Source: an uncultured delta proteobacterium (GTDB lineage: Bacteria > Myxococcota_A > Polyangia > Haliangiales > Haliangiaceae). From it: DNA of 64,000 bases. The stretch covers positions 1-64,000 of the forward strand of contig CAVUQH010000003.1 of NCBI GenBank assembly GCA_963743525.1, given 5' to 3'. The notes under the pieces are model-generated. The model was given only the letters and a program-made list of their open reading frames with translations, did not search any database and was not told where the DNA came from. Position numbers and translations under genes: made by a program. Shown here piece after piece: positions 1 through 9,416 of the stretch (its first letter is position 1; every line of letters starts with the position of its first letter).

Positions 1-270
1 CAACCGAGGGGCGAGTGGGCCGAGCTCTTCGAAGTGGTGGGACAGTGCTATTGCGGCGAGCTGCTGATGACCGCCTGGCCAAGCCTGCTGCCAGATGAAC
101 GCTTTGTGCAGCCGCAGGGTTTCTCCTCGATCGTCGAGTCGTGCCGTGAGAATCCGTTGACCCTGCTCCTTGGGCGGCCCGCGTCGGGCAAAACGTTTGT
201 GGCTGTCCAGCTTCTGTGGCAGGAGTTTCAGCGCGGAAGAAGCGTTCGTCTGGATTGCCCCAGAGACTGC
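1..270 (+). pseudogene. P-loop NTPase fragment (possibly STAND-like), open at window start and truncated by ISL3
   Basis: Frame 1 encodes LTLLLGRPASGKTFVAVQLL (hydrophobic strand plus Walker A). Coding sense is lost around the ISL3 end at 271. Confidence 0.55.
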
Positions 271-1360
271 GGCTCTTCATCCACTTCGAGTGGGTCTCCG
301 AGGAGCCGTTGGCTGCAGGTGGCAGGCGCGATGTACACCTGGGCCTCAGACCGGCAGTACCAGCGGCAGCTTGGTGCAGCAGAGCCGAATCATTGCCATG
401 AATGCCGTCGAGGTAGTGGAAGCCTCAGGCCCGGCGCCGCACGACGGCGACGGCGGGCGTCGAGGCCTTCGAGGCGGCCGTTGTTGGCACCGAGGACGAT
501 GGCGTTGATCACGGCCTCGGTGTAGTGCATGAAGCGCGCGCTTCAGCTTCTTGAACTGCTCGAGCCGCGACCTGGCCTGCCCACGCGAGCCAGTTGTGGA
601 GGTGGCGCGCAGTGGTCTGCTCCAGCAGCCTGTACAGCGCCCGCAGCTCTTCCTTGAGCAGGTAGCCGCGGTAGACACGCTTGTTGAGCTGGGCGACCTC
701 TGCGCAGGTGCACGTGCTCGAAGTCGCGGAAGGTTCTCCGGGCGCGCGGAAGAGCGTCCAGCGTGAGCCCTTGAGCACGGCCGCGCGCGGCGTGCCCTTG
801 CGCTCGCGCGCTTCGGTGCGGCGCACCTCCGAGCAGGCCTCGTTCGCCGTAGCTCGACCACGGTGAAACGGGGTCGAAGGCGTAGACCCTCGGCCTGGGG
901 CACGCGCGCGCTGACCCCCCCGGGAGCAGGCTGTGCACATGTCCATCGTTATACCACCTGGATATTGTTGGCCTGCGCGGGACTGAGCTGGTCAAAAAAG
1001 CGGCTGAAGATACGGCCTGGCAGTGACCTTCGCCCATCCACACCGGTTCGCCGGTGGCGTGGTTCACCACCAGTGTCACGGTAGTCGTGGCCCACTTCTC
1101 TCCAGCTCACCTCGTCGATGCCGATCGCGTAAAGGTCGTCGAGCCGGCTGGTGTCCAGGTGCCGGTTCACCACGGTGCTCTGATCAGTCGCCCCACCCAG
1201 CTCCAGTTGTACCTTGTAGTACCGCGTCACCGCGCTGATGCTCATCTCGCGCGCCAGCCACGCGGCCAGCTCCTCGAAGTCGCGCGTGAAGCGCGAGCCT
1301 GGCTCGGCCCACCGCACCCGTTCGGTGCGCACGCCGTGCTTCCGGACAGTCCACGCGGGA
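271..1360 (-). mobile_element. ISL3-family element, 3' part (right end at 271), interrupted by IS21
   Basis: Terminus GGCTCTTCATCCACTTCGAGTGGGT resembles ISL3 ends and lies 75 bp past the transposase stop. Confidence 0.75.
346..1360 (-). pseudogene. ISL3-family transposase, frameshifted and lacking its N-terminus
   Basis: Motifs spread across frames: RVDCP..HGVRTERVRWAEPGSRFTRDFE, IGIDEVSWR, LKGSRW, YLLKEELR, NNGRLEGL and C-terminal AMIRLCCTKLPLVLP. Confidence 0.85.
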
Positions 1361-1467
1361 GCCTCGGGCGACACCCAAAAGCGGCCAGTGATCGACAGCT
1401 GAAAACCGGCCAGTAGGCGGGGCGAGACATTGACACCGAGCGCAGGGGCGAAGCCCCCTGCGCGGAA

Positions 1468-3072
1468 ATGGCCAATGTCTTGAGTGAGCAGAAGCGGCAT
1501 GAGGTTCTTGCACTGGGGCGGCTGGGCTGGTCGCTGCGAAAAATCGAAGAGGCGACGGGAGTTCGCCGCGAAACGGCCAGTAACTACCTGAAGTCGGCCG
1601 GGATAGTGGTGCGCGCGCCGCGCAAGCGCCGGCTCTCAAAACCGGCCAGTGAGACGTCCACCGACTCGGCAAAACCGGCCAGTGAGGTGTCGGCCGACTC
1701 GGCAAAACCGGCCAGTGAGGCGTCCACCGACTCGGCCGAGCTCGAACGGCAATCACCGACGGTGTCGCCGTCGGCAAGCGTGTGCGAACCACACCGCGAG
1801 TTGATCGAGCAGGCGGTGTCGCTGGGCCGCAACGCGAAGGCGATCTGGCAGGACTTGGTTGACGACTACGGCTTCGAGGCCGGCTACTCGAGCGTGCGGC
1901 GATTCGTGCGCAAACTGCGCCGAACCAGCGGCGGCGATGCCCACCCGGTGATCACGACGCTGCCGGGCGAGGAGTGCCAGGTTGACTACGGCGAGGGGCC
2001 GATGGTCCGCCACCCGGACACGGGCAAGTACCGCCGGACGCGCCTGTTCGTGCTCACGCTCGGCTGTAGCCGCAAGTCGATCTGGCTGCTGACCTTCGGC
2101 TCGAGCTCGCGCATCTGGGCCGAGCTTCATGAGCGTGCGTTTCGCCGGCTCGGCGGCGCGACGCGCGTCGTCGTGCTGGACAATCTCAAGGAAGGCGTGC
2201 TGAAGGCCGAGTACTTCGACCCGACGCTGAATCCGCTGTATCGCGATGTGCTCGCGCACTACGGCGCGACAGCGCTGCCGGCGCGCGTCCGCGATCCAAA
2301 CCGCAAGGGCAAGGTCGAGTCGGCGGTCAAAGCCGGCCAGGACAAGATGCGCGGCCTGCGCTTCGAGACGCTCGATGCGGCGCAGGTGTACCTCGATCGG
2401 TGGGAGGCAAACTGGGCCGACACGCGCATCCACGGCACGACCAAGCGGCAGGTCGCCGCGATGTTTGCCGACGAGAAACCATCGCTGTTGCCACTGCCGG
2501 TCGAGTCCTTCGCGTACTACGAGTACGGCAAGCGCACCGTGCATCTGGACGGCTGTGTCGAAGTGGCCCGTGCGTTTTACGGCACGCCGCCCGGGTGGAT
2601 CGGTCGCGAGGTGCACGTGCAGTGGGACACGCGGCGCGTGCGTATTCTCGATCCGCGCACGTCGGACCTCTTGCGCGAGCACATGCGCGAGCGCCCCGGC
2701 CGTCATCGCATCGACCCGCGCGACCGGTCGAAGAAGGCGCCGCCGGGACTGGCCAAACTCCGCGAGCGAGCCCGCGTGATCGGGCGCGCCGTCGAGACCG
2801 TGTGCGGCGAGATCTGGCGCAACGACGGCGCGACGCCGGGCATCCGTCGCATCCAGGGCACGCTCGGCCTCGCGAAAAAGTACGGACACGCGCAGCTCGA
2901 AGCCGCATGCGCGTTTGCCCTGGAGACCGGCGCGCCGTCGTACCGGTTTGTCCGCAGCTACCTCGAGCACGCGCCCGGGCCGTCGCTGTCGCTGCGACAA
3001 GTCGATCCGCTGATCCGCGAGCTCACCCAATACCAACAGCTGCTCGAGCAGCGAACCCAAGGAGACTCATGA
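1468..3072 (+). CDS. istA: IS21 transposase IstA
   Basis: N-terminal HTH, PGEECQVDYG, VVLDNLK, NRKGKVESAV and RIHGTT motifs. Confidence 0.95.
   Translation: MANVLSEQKRHEVLALGRLGWSLRKIEEATGVRRETASNYLKSAGIVVRAPRKRRLSKPASETSTDSAKPASEVSADSAKPASEASTDSAELERQSPTVSPSASVCEPHRELIEQAVSLGRNAKAIWQDLVDDYGFEAGYSSVRRFVRKLRRTSGGDAHPVITTLPGEECQVDYGEGPMVRHPDTGKYRRTRLFVLTLGCSRKSIWLLTFGSSSRIWAELHERAFRRLGGATRVVVLDNLKEGVLKAEYFDPTLNPLYRDVLAHYGATALPARVRDPNRKGKVESAVKAGQDKMRGLRFETLDAAQVYLDRWEANWADTRIHGTTKRQVAAMFADEKPSLLPLPVESFAYYEYGKRTVHLDGCVEVARAFYGTPPGWIGREVHVQWDTRRVRILDPRTSDLLREHMRERPGRHRIDPRDRSKKAPPGLAKLRERARVIGRAVETVCGEIWRNDGATPGIRRIQGTLGLAKKYGHAQLEAACAFALETGAPSYRFVRSYLEHAPGPSLSLRQVDPLIRELTQYQQLLEQRTQGDS
1637..1735 (+). 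repeat. Three 33-bp tandem repeats inside istA (KPASExSxDSA)
   Basis: Units at 1637, 1670 and 1703, each CAAAACCGGCCAGTGAG...CCGACTCGG. Confidence 0.95.
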
Positions 3073-3827
3073 ACCCGATCGAACTCGACCGCTCACTGCG
3101 CAAGCTGCGCCTGTCCGGCATGGCCGACACCCTCGACGCGCGGCTGCGCCAGGCGCAGACCGAGAGCTGGCCCGGCATCGACGTCGTCGGCGCGCTGGTG
3201 CAGGACGAGCTCGTGCGCCGGCACGATTGACAGATCCAGCGGCGCATCAAGCAAGCCGCATTTCGCGAACCCGGCCGGACTCTCGACAACTACGATTTCG
3301 ACTTCAACAAGAAGATGGACCGCAAGCTCGTCTTCGACCTCGCCACCGCCCGCTTCGTCAACGCGCGAGAAGACGTCCTGTTTCACGGGCCGCCCGGTAC
3401 CGGCAAGAGCCACCTGGCTCAGGCCATCGGGCTGGCGGCGATCCACCAGGGGCACAAGGTGATCTACCGCGAAGCGCACATCCTCATCGAGCACCTGGCC
3501 GAGGCCACCCTCGAAGGGCTGCGCAAACACGCCATGGCCACGCTCGCGTCCGTGCCGCTGCTGATCATTGACGACGTCGGCATGCGCAAGCTGCCGCCGA
3601 CTGCCGCCGAAGACCTGCTCGAGGTCATCATGCGTCGCTACGAGCGCGGCAGCACCCTGCTCACCTCCAACCGTCCGCTAGACGATTGGGGCAAGCTCCT
3701 CGGCGACGCTGCCGCCGTCACCGCCATGCTCGACCGCATCCTGCACCGCGCACACCTGCTCAAGACCGGACCGCGCAGCTACCGAATGAACGCCGCGAAC
3801 TTGCCCAAGGCGCAGCCCGCGCGCTAA
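3069..3827 (+). CDS. istB: IS21 helper ATPase IstB, frameshifted near 3228
   Basis: ATGA overlap with istA. LRKLRLSGM in one frame; GPPGTGKSHLA, LLIIDD, LLTSNR and AMLDRILH in another. Confidence 0.92.
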
Positions 3828-4148
3828 CCCATCACCGACGACGTCTCGCCTCCGCCAACTGGCCGGTTTTGACGTGTCCACAACTGGCCGCTTTTCGGGT
3901 GTCGCTTGAGGCCCTGCAGGCGCACAGCACCACTGAGGGCAAAATCCAAGCCTTGGCGAATCGCATACGATCCCCCCTCCCGTGTTTTCTCTACTGCTCG
4001 CTACGCCAGCCAGCAGGCAGAAGGCGCGCATTCCCAAGCCCCACCCTACGGTCTGTAGTTAGGTCCGGGGGCAAGAGGGATGTGAGCCTTGCGAGTGGGT
4101 GGGACCAAACCCTGCAACTACGAGGGCCTCGTTGCCTGGCCTACCGAC

Positions 4149-5106
4149 TCAGCGTCTCGCCAAGGCCTCAACGTACCACTGGTAGGTCTGCCGCAACCCT
4201 TCCTCAAGCGACCGCGCATCGGCCCAGCCCAGTTGCATGCAAGCGGCTCACGTCGAGAAGCTTGCGCGGGGTGCCGTCGGGCATCGTGCTGTTCCAGCGC
4301 ACGGAGCCTGCATAGCCGACGAGTCCGGGCAATCAGCTCGGCGAGCTCGCGGATCGTGATGTCCACGCCGGTGCCGACGTTGACGAACTGCGGGCCCTCG
4401 GCGGGGGCGTCGAAGTGGTCCATCAAGTGGACGCAAGCGTCGGCCAGATCGTCGACGTGCATGAACTCGCGGCGGGGCGCAGCCGGTGCCCCACAGCTCC
4501 ACTTCGTCGCGGCCTGCCTGCTTGGCCTCGTGGAACTTGCGGATGAGGGCCGGCAGGACGTGGCTGGTCTGCGAGGTCGAAGTTGTCGCCGGGGCCGTAG
4601 AGGTTGGTCGGCATGGCGGCGATGAAGTTGGTGCCGTATTGGCGGTTGTAGGCAGCGGCACATCATCAGGCCGGCGATCTTGGCGATGGCGTAGGCCTCG
4701 TTGGTCGGCTCGAGCGGGCCGGTGAGCAGGTGCTCCTCGCGCATCGGCTGCGGCGCGTGCTTGGGGTAGATGCACGAGCTGCCGAGGAAGAGGAGCTTCT
4801 TCACGCCGGCTCTGGCGGGCGGACTTCGATGACGTTGGTCTGGATCTGCAGGTTGTCGCGGATGAAGTCGCCGGGGTAGGTGTCGTTGGCGTGGATGCCG
4901 CCAACCTTGGCGGCGGCCAGGATCACGTAGTCGGGGCGCTCGGCCTGGAAGAAGTCGGTGGTTGCAGCCTGGCTGGTGAGGTCGAGCTCGGCGTGGGTGC
5001 GCACGACGACTCGCTCGTGTCCGGCGGCCGCAAGCCGGCGGTGAAGGGCCGAACCCACGAGACCGCGGTGGCCGGCGAGGTAGATCTTGCTTCCCGCTTC
5101 CATCAT
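4149..5106 (-). CDS. fcl: GDP-L-fucose synthase (several frameshifts)
   Basis: [65 protein letters not shown]; ends [19 protein letters not shown]. Confidence 0.92.
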
Positions 5107-6117
5107 CGCGTCTGGAGTGTAACCGGCTGTCCGTCGCGTTCCAGGGATTCCTGGGCGGCGGCCAGGATTCGCACGATGCGGACCGCACTGTCGATGTCGC
5201 TGCGCGGCCTGTTGCCGGTCCGACAAGAGTCGACGAAGTGGCGACACTCGGCGGCCAGCGGCTCGGTCATGTCGAGGTGCGGGATGTGGATGTCGCCGTG
5301 GCGGATGGTCAGGTATTCGTCGTAGCGCTCGAACGAGGGCGGACGGTCGTAGCCCTTGTCGTAGATGCGCAGCTTGTCGGTGGCGACGTCGTCGAAGACC
5401 ACCATCTTTCTTCGAGCCGACCACGGTGAGGCGACGCTCTTTGTGCGGATCGAGCCAGGAAAGGTGGACGTGAGCCATCTGCCGGCCGAAGCGCAGGGAC
5501 AGGAAGACGACGTCTTCGATTCCTGGCTGCAGGTAGCTGCCGCCGCGGGCGCTGACCGACTCGGGCAGTGCACCGAGCAGGTAGTCGATCATCGACAGGT
5601 CGTGGGGGGCGAAGCTCCACAGCGCGTTCTCGTCGGTGCGCAGGCGGCCCAGGTTCACCCGGGTGGCGTAGAGGTAGTAGAGGTCGCCGAGCTCACCCGA
5701 CGCGACGAGGGTGCGCACGTGCTCGACAGCCGGGTGGTAGAGCATCAGGTGGCCGACCATGACGGTCTTGCCGCTCTGGGCGGCGGCGGCGGCCACAGCT
5801 TCTGCGCCCTCGACGTCGAGGGCCACAGGCTTCTCGACGAAGACATGCTTGTTGGCCCGTAGGGCCATGCAGGCGAGCTCGGCGTGGGTCACCGCCGGGG
5901 TCGCAAGGACCACGGCATCGACGTCTGGGGCCGCCAGGACGGCCGAAAGCGTGTTGGATGTCCTGGCGCCGGGTGCGTGCGTTGCGGCGCGCTGGAGGCG
6001 GCTCTGATCGGCGTCACACAGCCAGGTGACGCGGGCGCCCGGTTCCGCGGCCATCACGCGGACGAGGTTGATGCCCCAGTAGCCGACGCCGGCGATGGCG
6101 ACGCGGAGCGGCTCCAC
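5103..6117 (-). CDS. Gfo/Idh/MocA oxidoreductase (frameshift near 5405)
   Basis: [25 protein letters not shown] and [10 protein letters not shown] motifs. Confidence 0.9.
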
Positions 6118-6119
6118 GA

Positions 6120-7420
6120 TCAGAAGGCGGCGGTGACGCCGACGGTGGCTTCGATCCGCGTGTAGCTGGGGTCGTCGACGAAGCCTGAGAACGTGGTCAT
6201 GTAGTTGGTCTGATCGCTGACGGCCTGGAAGTCGCCGGTGATGGCGAACCAGTCGCGGAGCAGGTAGTTCGCGGTGAGACCCGCCGAGAGGATCACGTCG
6301 TCGCGGCTCGGGGCGCCAATGGCCGGTGAGATGCCGCGGTAGCCGCGCAGGCGAGCCGCCGCTTCGGCCGAAAGGACCATCAAGCCGACCTGCTGCTGCA
6401 GCTTGGCGACCAGCGCGTGATCGCGGAAGTAGTTGGCGTTGATCGAATCGTGGAAGTCGTACTCGTAGCTGGCCGAGACGCGGCCCATCTCGCTGTAGCG
6501 GTAGCCGAACTCCAGGCCGCCGATGACGTTGTTGAAGCTCTCGAGTGCCGAGTAGAAGCCGTTGCCGTAGCCAATGCGGGCCTTGAGGGTCGTCATCTCG
6601 GACAGCGCCGTGGCGATGGCGGCCTGAATGCGCAGCGGGTAGGAGCTGTTCTTGTAGGTCGTGCCTCCCACGTCGCTGCTGCCGAGCGGGCCGAAGATGC
6701 CGAACGAGGCATCCAGGGTCAGCCGAGTGACTGGGAGGATCTGCCAACCGGCGCGGGCACCCAGGAGGTGCTGAAGTCGGTTGGCGAAGGTCTCGGCCGA
6801 CGCCTCGAAGACATCGATGGTGTTCTCGTAGCGGATGCCCGAGGTCGATGAGGCCGCCACCGGGCTTGAAGTCGAGCCCGACCTGCAGGTGGTTGACGTC
6901 GCGGTTCAGGTTCCCGCGGGACTCGAAGTTGTGCGGGCGAGTGTCGCGGATGAAGCGGTCGTCGACTGCGAAGCTCACCGGGCCGTCCGGCTTGACCACG
7001 ACCCGGCCCATGACATTGCCGCCGAGGTTGGTGCGGTCGGTGACCGCTGTGCTTCCGGCTGGATAGCCCTCCAGCTGCAGCTTGCCGCCGAGGCGCCAGA
7101 CGAGGGTCGGCTTCGACTCGTCCGGGGTTTCCTCGGCCGTGTTTTCGACGACCAGGTTCTGCTCGCCGGCCGGCTTGTCGGCCTGGGAGGCGATGGCGAA
7201 GATGCCGAACAGGCGGATCAGCGGGCGCGGCCGTCGGGTTGGTGTCTTCGTAGAAGACGTTGCTGTCGATGCCGGTGGTGACGCCGACGGCGGGGTGGAT
7301 GACGGTGCCGGGACTGATTTCGTGGCCGGGGCCTTCGACGACGATGTCCTCTTGGGCGAGGGCAGGGCCGGCGGTGGCGGCCAATAGCAGGCCGGCTGCT
7401 GTGCAGGCTAGTAAGCGCAT
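6120..7420 (-). CDS. Outer-membrane beta-barrel protein, probably polysaccharide-export associated (frameshifts)
   Basis: Signal peptide, GIDSNVFY near the N-terminus, alternating amphipathic strands, C-terminal VGVTAAF. Confidence 0.7.
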
Positions 7421-7458
7421 CCTAGGTCAGCGTCTTTCGGGAGCGAGTGCTCTAGGGG

Positions 7459-8076
7459 CTAGTCGCCACCGAACGGGCTGGCGTAGGTGGGGCGTTCAAT
7501 CGTGAGATCGTCGCCGCTGTAGTCGAAGGGCGGGTTGACAGTCGGGTCGTCGGGGATCGGCGGCTTGTCGACTTCGACTTCGGTCGGGCCGACGAAGCGG
7601 AGCTCGTCGCCGATGCAGGCCTCGGCTTCGTCGCGGAGGCTGTTGGTCTTTTCGGTTGCGACGGTGACTTGTCCGTACTGGTGGTAGCGGGCGCCTTCGT
7701 CGCTGTTGGCGATGGCTTCGGTCAAGTTGGTGCGCGACATCTCGCCGATGTTGAGGAGCTGCTTGACCTGGATCAGCTTCTCGTTGACGCAGTTGAGCTT
7801 GATGATGTCCTTCTGCTTGCGCGCGGCTTGCTGCAGCTGGAGGACGCGGGTCAGGTCGGTCTTCATCTTGGCGATGTCGTCGTCGGCCTTCGCGGTCATC
7901 TCGGAGGGAGACAGCTGCGCGGTCTTGTCCATGGGCAGGTTGACGTCGGGCGCGTCCGCCTGGTCGAGGCCGGGCTGGCCGTCGTCCGGGGTCTCCGGTT
8001 GCGCGAAGAGCTGGCCGCCGCCGAAGACGAGACCGCAGAGCACGGCGGTGGCGAGGTAGTTGCGTAGTCGTTGCAT
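7459..8076 (-). CDS. Secreted alpha-helical hypothetical protein
   Basis: Signal peptide and helical core ARKQKDIIKLNCVNEKL...EAEACIG; first gene of the operon. Confidence 0.8.
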   Translation of the reverse strand: MQRLRNYLATAVLCGLVFGGGQLFAQPETPDDGQPGLDQADAPDVNLPMDKTAQLSPSEMTAKADDDIAKMKTDLTRVLQLQQAARKQKDIIKLNCVNEKLIQVKQLLNIGEMSRTNLTEAIANSDEGARYHQYGQVTVATEKTNSLRDEAEACIGDELRFVGPTEVEVDKPPIPDDPTVNPPFDYSGDDLTIERPTYASPFGGD

Positions 8077-8254
8077 GAGGCCTCGTGGGAGAACCAGGGG
8101 ACCAGCGTAAACGCCGGCCGGACGGCGTGTCAACTTGCGGAAATCACGGTACATGGGGTGAGTCGCACGTGGGGCCGGGTTTGTTCAGCGGGAGTGGAGG
8201 AAAAGCGCCTGCGATGTGAGGGCGGGCACGGTCTGGCGGCCGAATGAGGGACGT

Positions 8255-9226
8255 TCAGCGGCGGAGGCGGGCGAGGGCTCCGACCGCCAGCAGGCCGGCC
8301 AGCTCGCGGGGGCCGTCCACGAGGGCGGCTTTGCGGGCGATCTGGCGCGCGCGCGGCACCGGGGCGGCGGCCAGGACCTCGGCGGGGCCGGGCAGGATGC
8401 CCATGGCGCGGGCGGGCCAGTCCACCTCCCGGGCGGCGCGGGCGAGGGTGTCGGTCATGGCCAGGGCGGCCAGGGTCGCGCGGCGCAGGCGGAAGCTGGC
8501 GGCGCGCTCGAGGACGCGGTCGCGGGTGACGCCGCGGCGGCGCAGTAGCCGGCGGGCGTCGACGTAGGCGACGGCGGCGACCATCAGCTCGTGGCGGGCG
8601 ATGTGGACCAGGTGGAGGACGGCCTCGTCCACTGGATCCAGGCGCAGGGCTTCGTCGTCGCGCTCGATCGCCGGCAGGGCGCGGAGCCACAGGTCGTGGA
8701 CGTCGATGCGGCTGCGCAGGGGCTGGATGATCGACCGGTGCAGATCCAGCGGGGTGTCGCGGAAGACCAGGGTCTCGGCGTGGTGGGTGCGGGACCGCTC
8801 GGTGCGTTTGGTTGACGGCGCCCAGCCGAGCTCGCCGAGCACGGTGACGGCGCGGCGGTGGTCGTCGGGGCGGACCATGAGGTCGATGTCGTTCATCGGC
8901 CGCTCGCCGGGGTCGTCGTAGATGACGCCGACGTAGGAGACGCCCTTGAGCAGGATGACCGGCAGGCCGGCGGCGGTCAGCGCGGCGACGGCGTCGGCGA
9001 CCAGCTTGCTGCGGACCTCGGCGCCGAGGACGCAGCGCAGGTAGTCGTTGCGCAGCTCGGTGTAGCCGGCGTGGAAGGCCAGGGGGCCCAGGTGATGCTG
9101 GCGCAGCTGCTCCAGCGGTAGGTCCTCGATCGGCGACAGGACGCGGGGCTGGAGGGCGCGCTCGTCGTCGTCCTGCCCGAGGTGGGCGACGAGCTCGGAG
9201 AGCGCCCGCTGCTGTCGCGCGTCCAT
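8255..9226 (-). CDS. Nucleotidyltransferase family protein (NTP_transf_5-like)
   Basis: ILLKG, RPMNDIDLMV and LDLH motifs. Confidence 0.8.
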   Translation of the reverse strand: MDARQQRALSELVAHLGQDDDERALQPRVLSPIEDLPLEQLRQHHLGPLAFHAGYTELRNDYLRCVLGAEVRSKLVADAVAALTAAGLPVILLKGVSYVGVIYDDPGERPMNDIDLMVRPDDHRRAVTVLGELGWAPSTKRTERSRTHHAETLVFRDTPLDLHRSIIQPLRSRIDVHDLWLRALPAIERDDEALRLDPVDEAVLHLVHIARHELMVAAVAYVDARRLLRRRGVTRDRVLERAASFRLRRATLAALAMTDTLARAAREVDWPARAMGILPGPAEVLAAAPVPRARQIARKAALVDGPRELAGLLAVGALARLRR

Positions 9227-9248
9227 GGGTAGATGCTACGTCAGGTCG

Positions 9249-9387
9249 CGGCTCGGCCCGGACTATTCGGCAACGGTGAGCAGCTGTCGGCAGCGGTGTG
9301 ACCGGTCCCGCGCGCCGACGGCTCGGCCCGGACTATTCGGCAACGGTGAGCAGCTGTCGGCAGCGGTGTGACCGGTCTCGCGCGCCG
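9249..9387. repeat. Tandem duplication of two 69-bp copies (period 70, one mismatch)
   Basis: 9249-9317 versus 9319-9387, in a divergent intergenic region. Confidence 0.95.
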
Positions 9388-9416
9388 CGCCGCCGCTGCG
9401 TGCTACCGCTGAGGAG

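Larger units (their letters stand above)
1361..3912 (+). mobile_element. IS21-family insertion sequence (istA-istB)
   Basis: Imperfect inverted termini of about 65 bp (left GCCTCGGGCGACACCCAAAAGCGGCCAGT; right, reverse-complemented, GCCTCAAGCGACACCCGAAAAGCGGCCAGT) flank istAB. Confidence 0.92.

Noticed and set aside
4071..4088. Possible ISL3 left inverted repeat (…GGGATGTGAGCC)
   Set aside because: Only a partial match to the right end and no target duplication; the intervening sequence does not convincingly encode the transposase N-terminus.
9249..9387. CRISPR array
   Set aside because: Only two long adjacent copies, no unique spacers and no cas genes.
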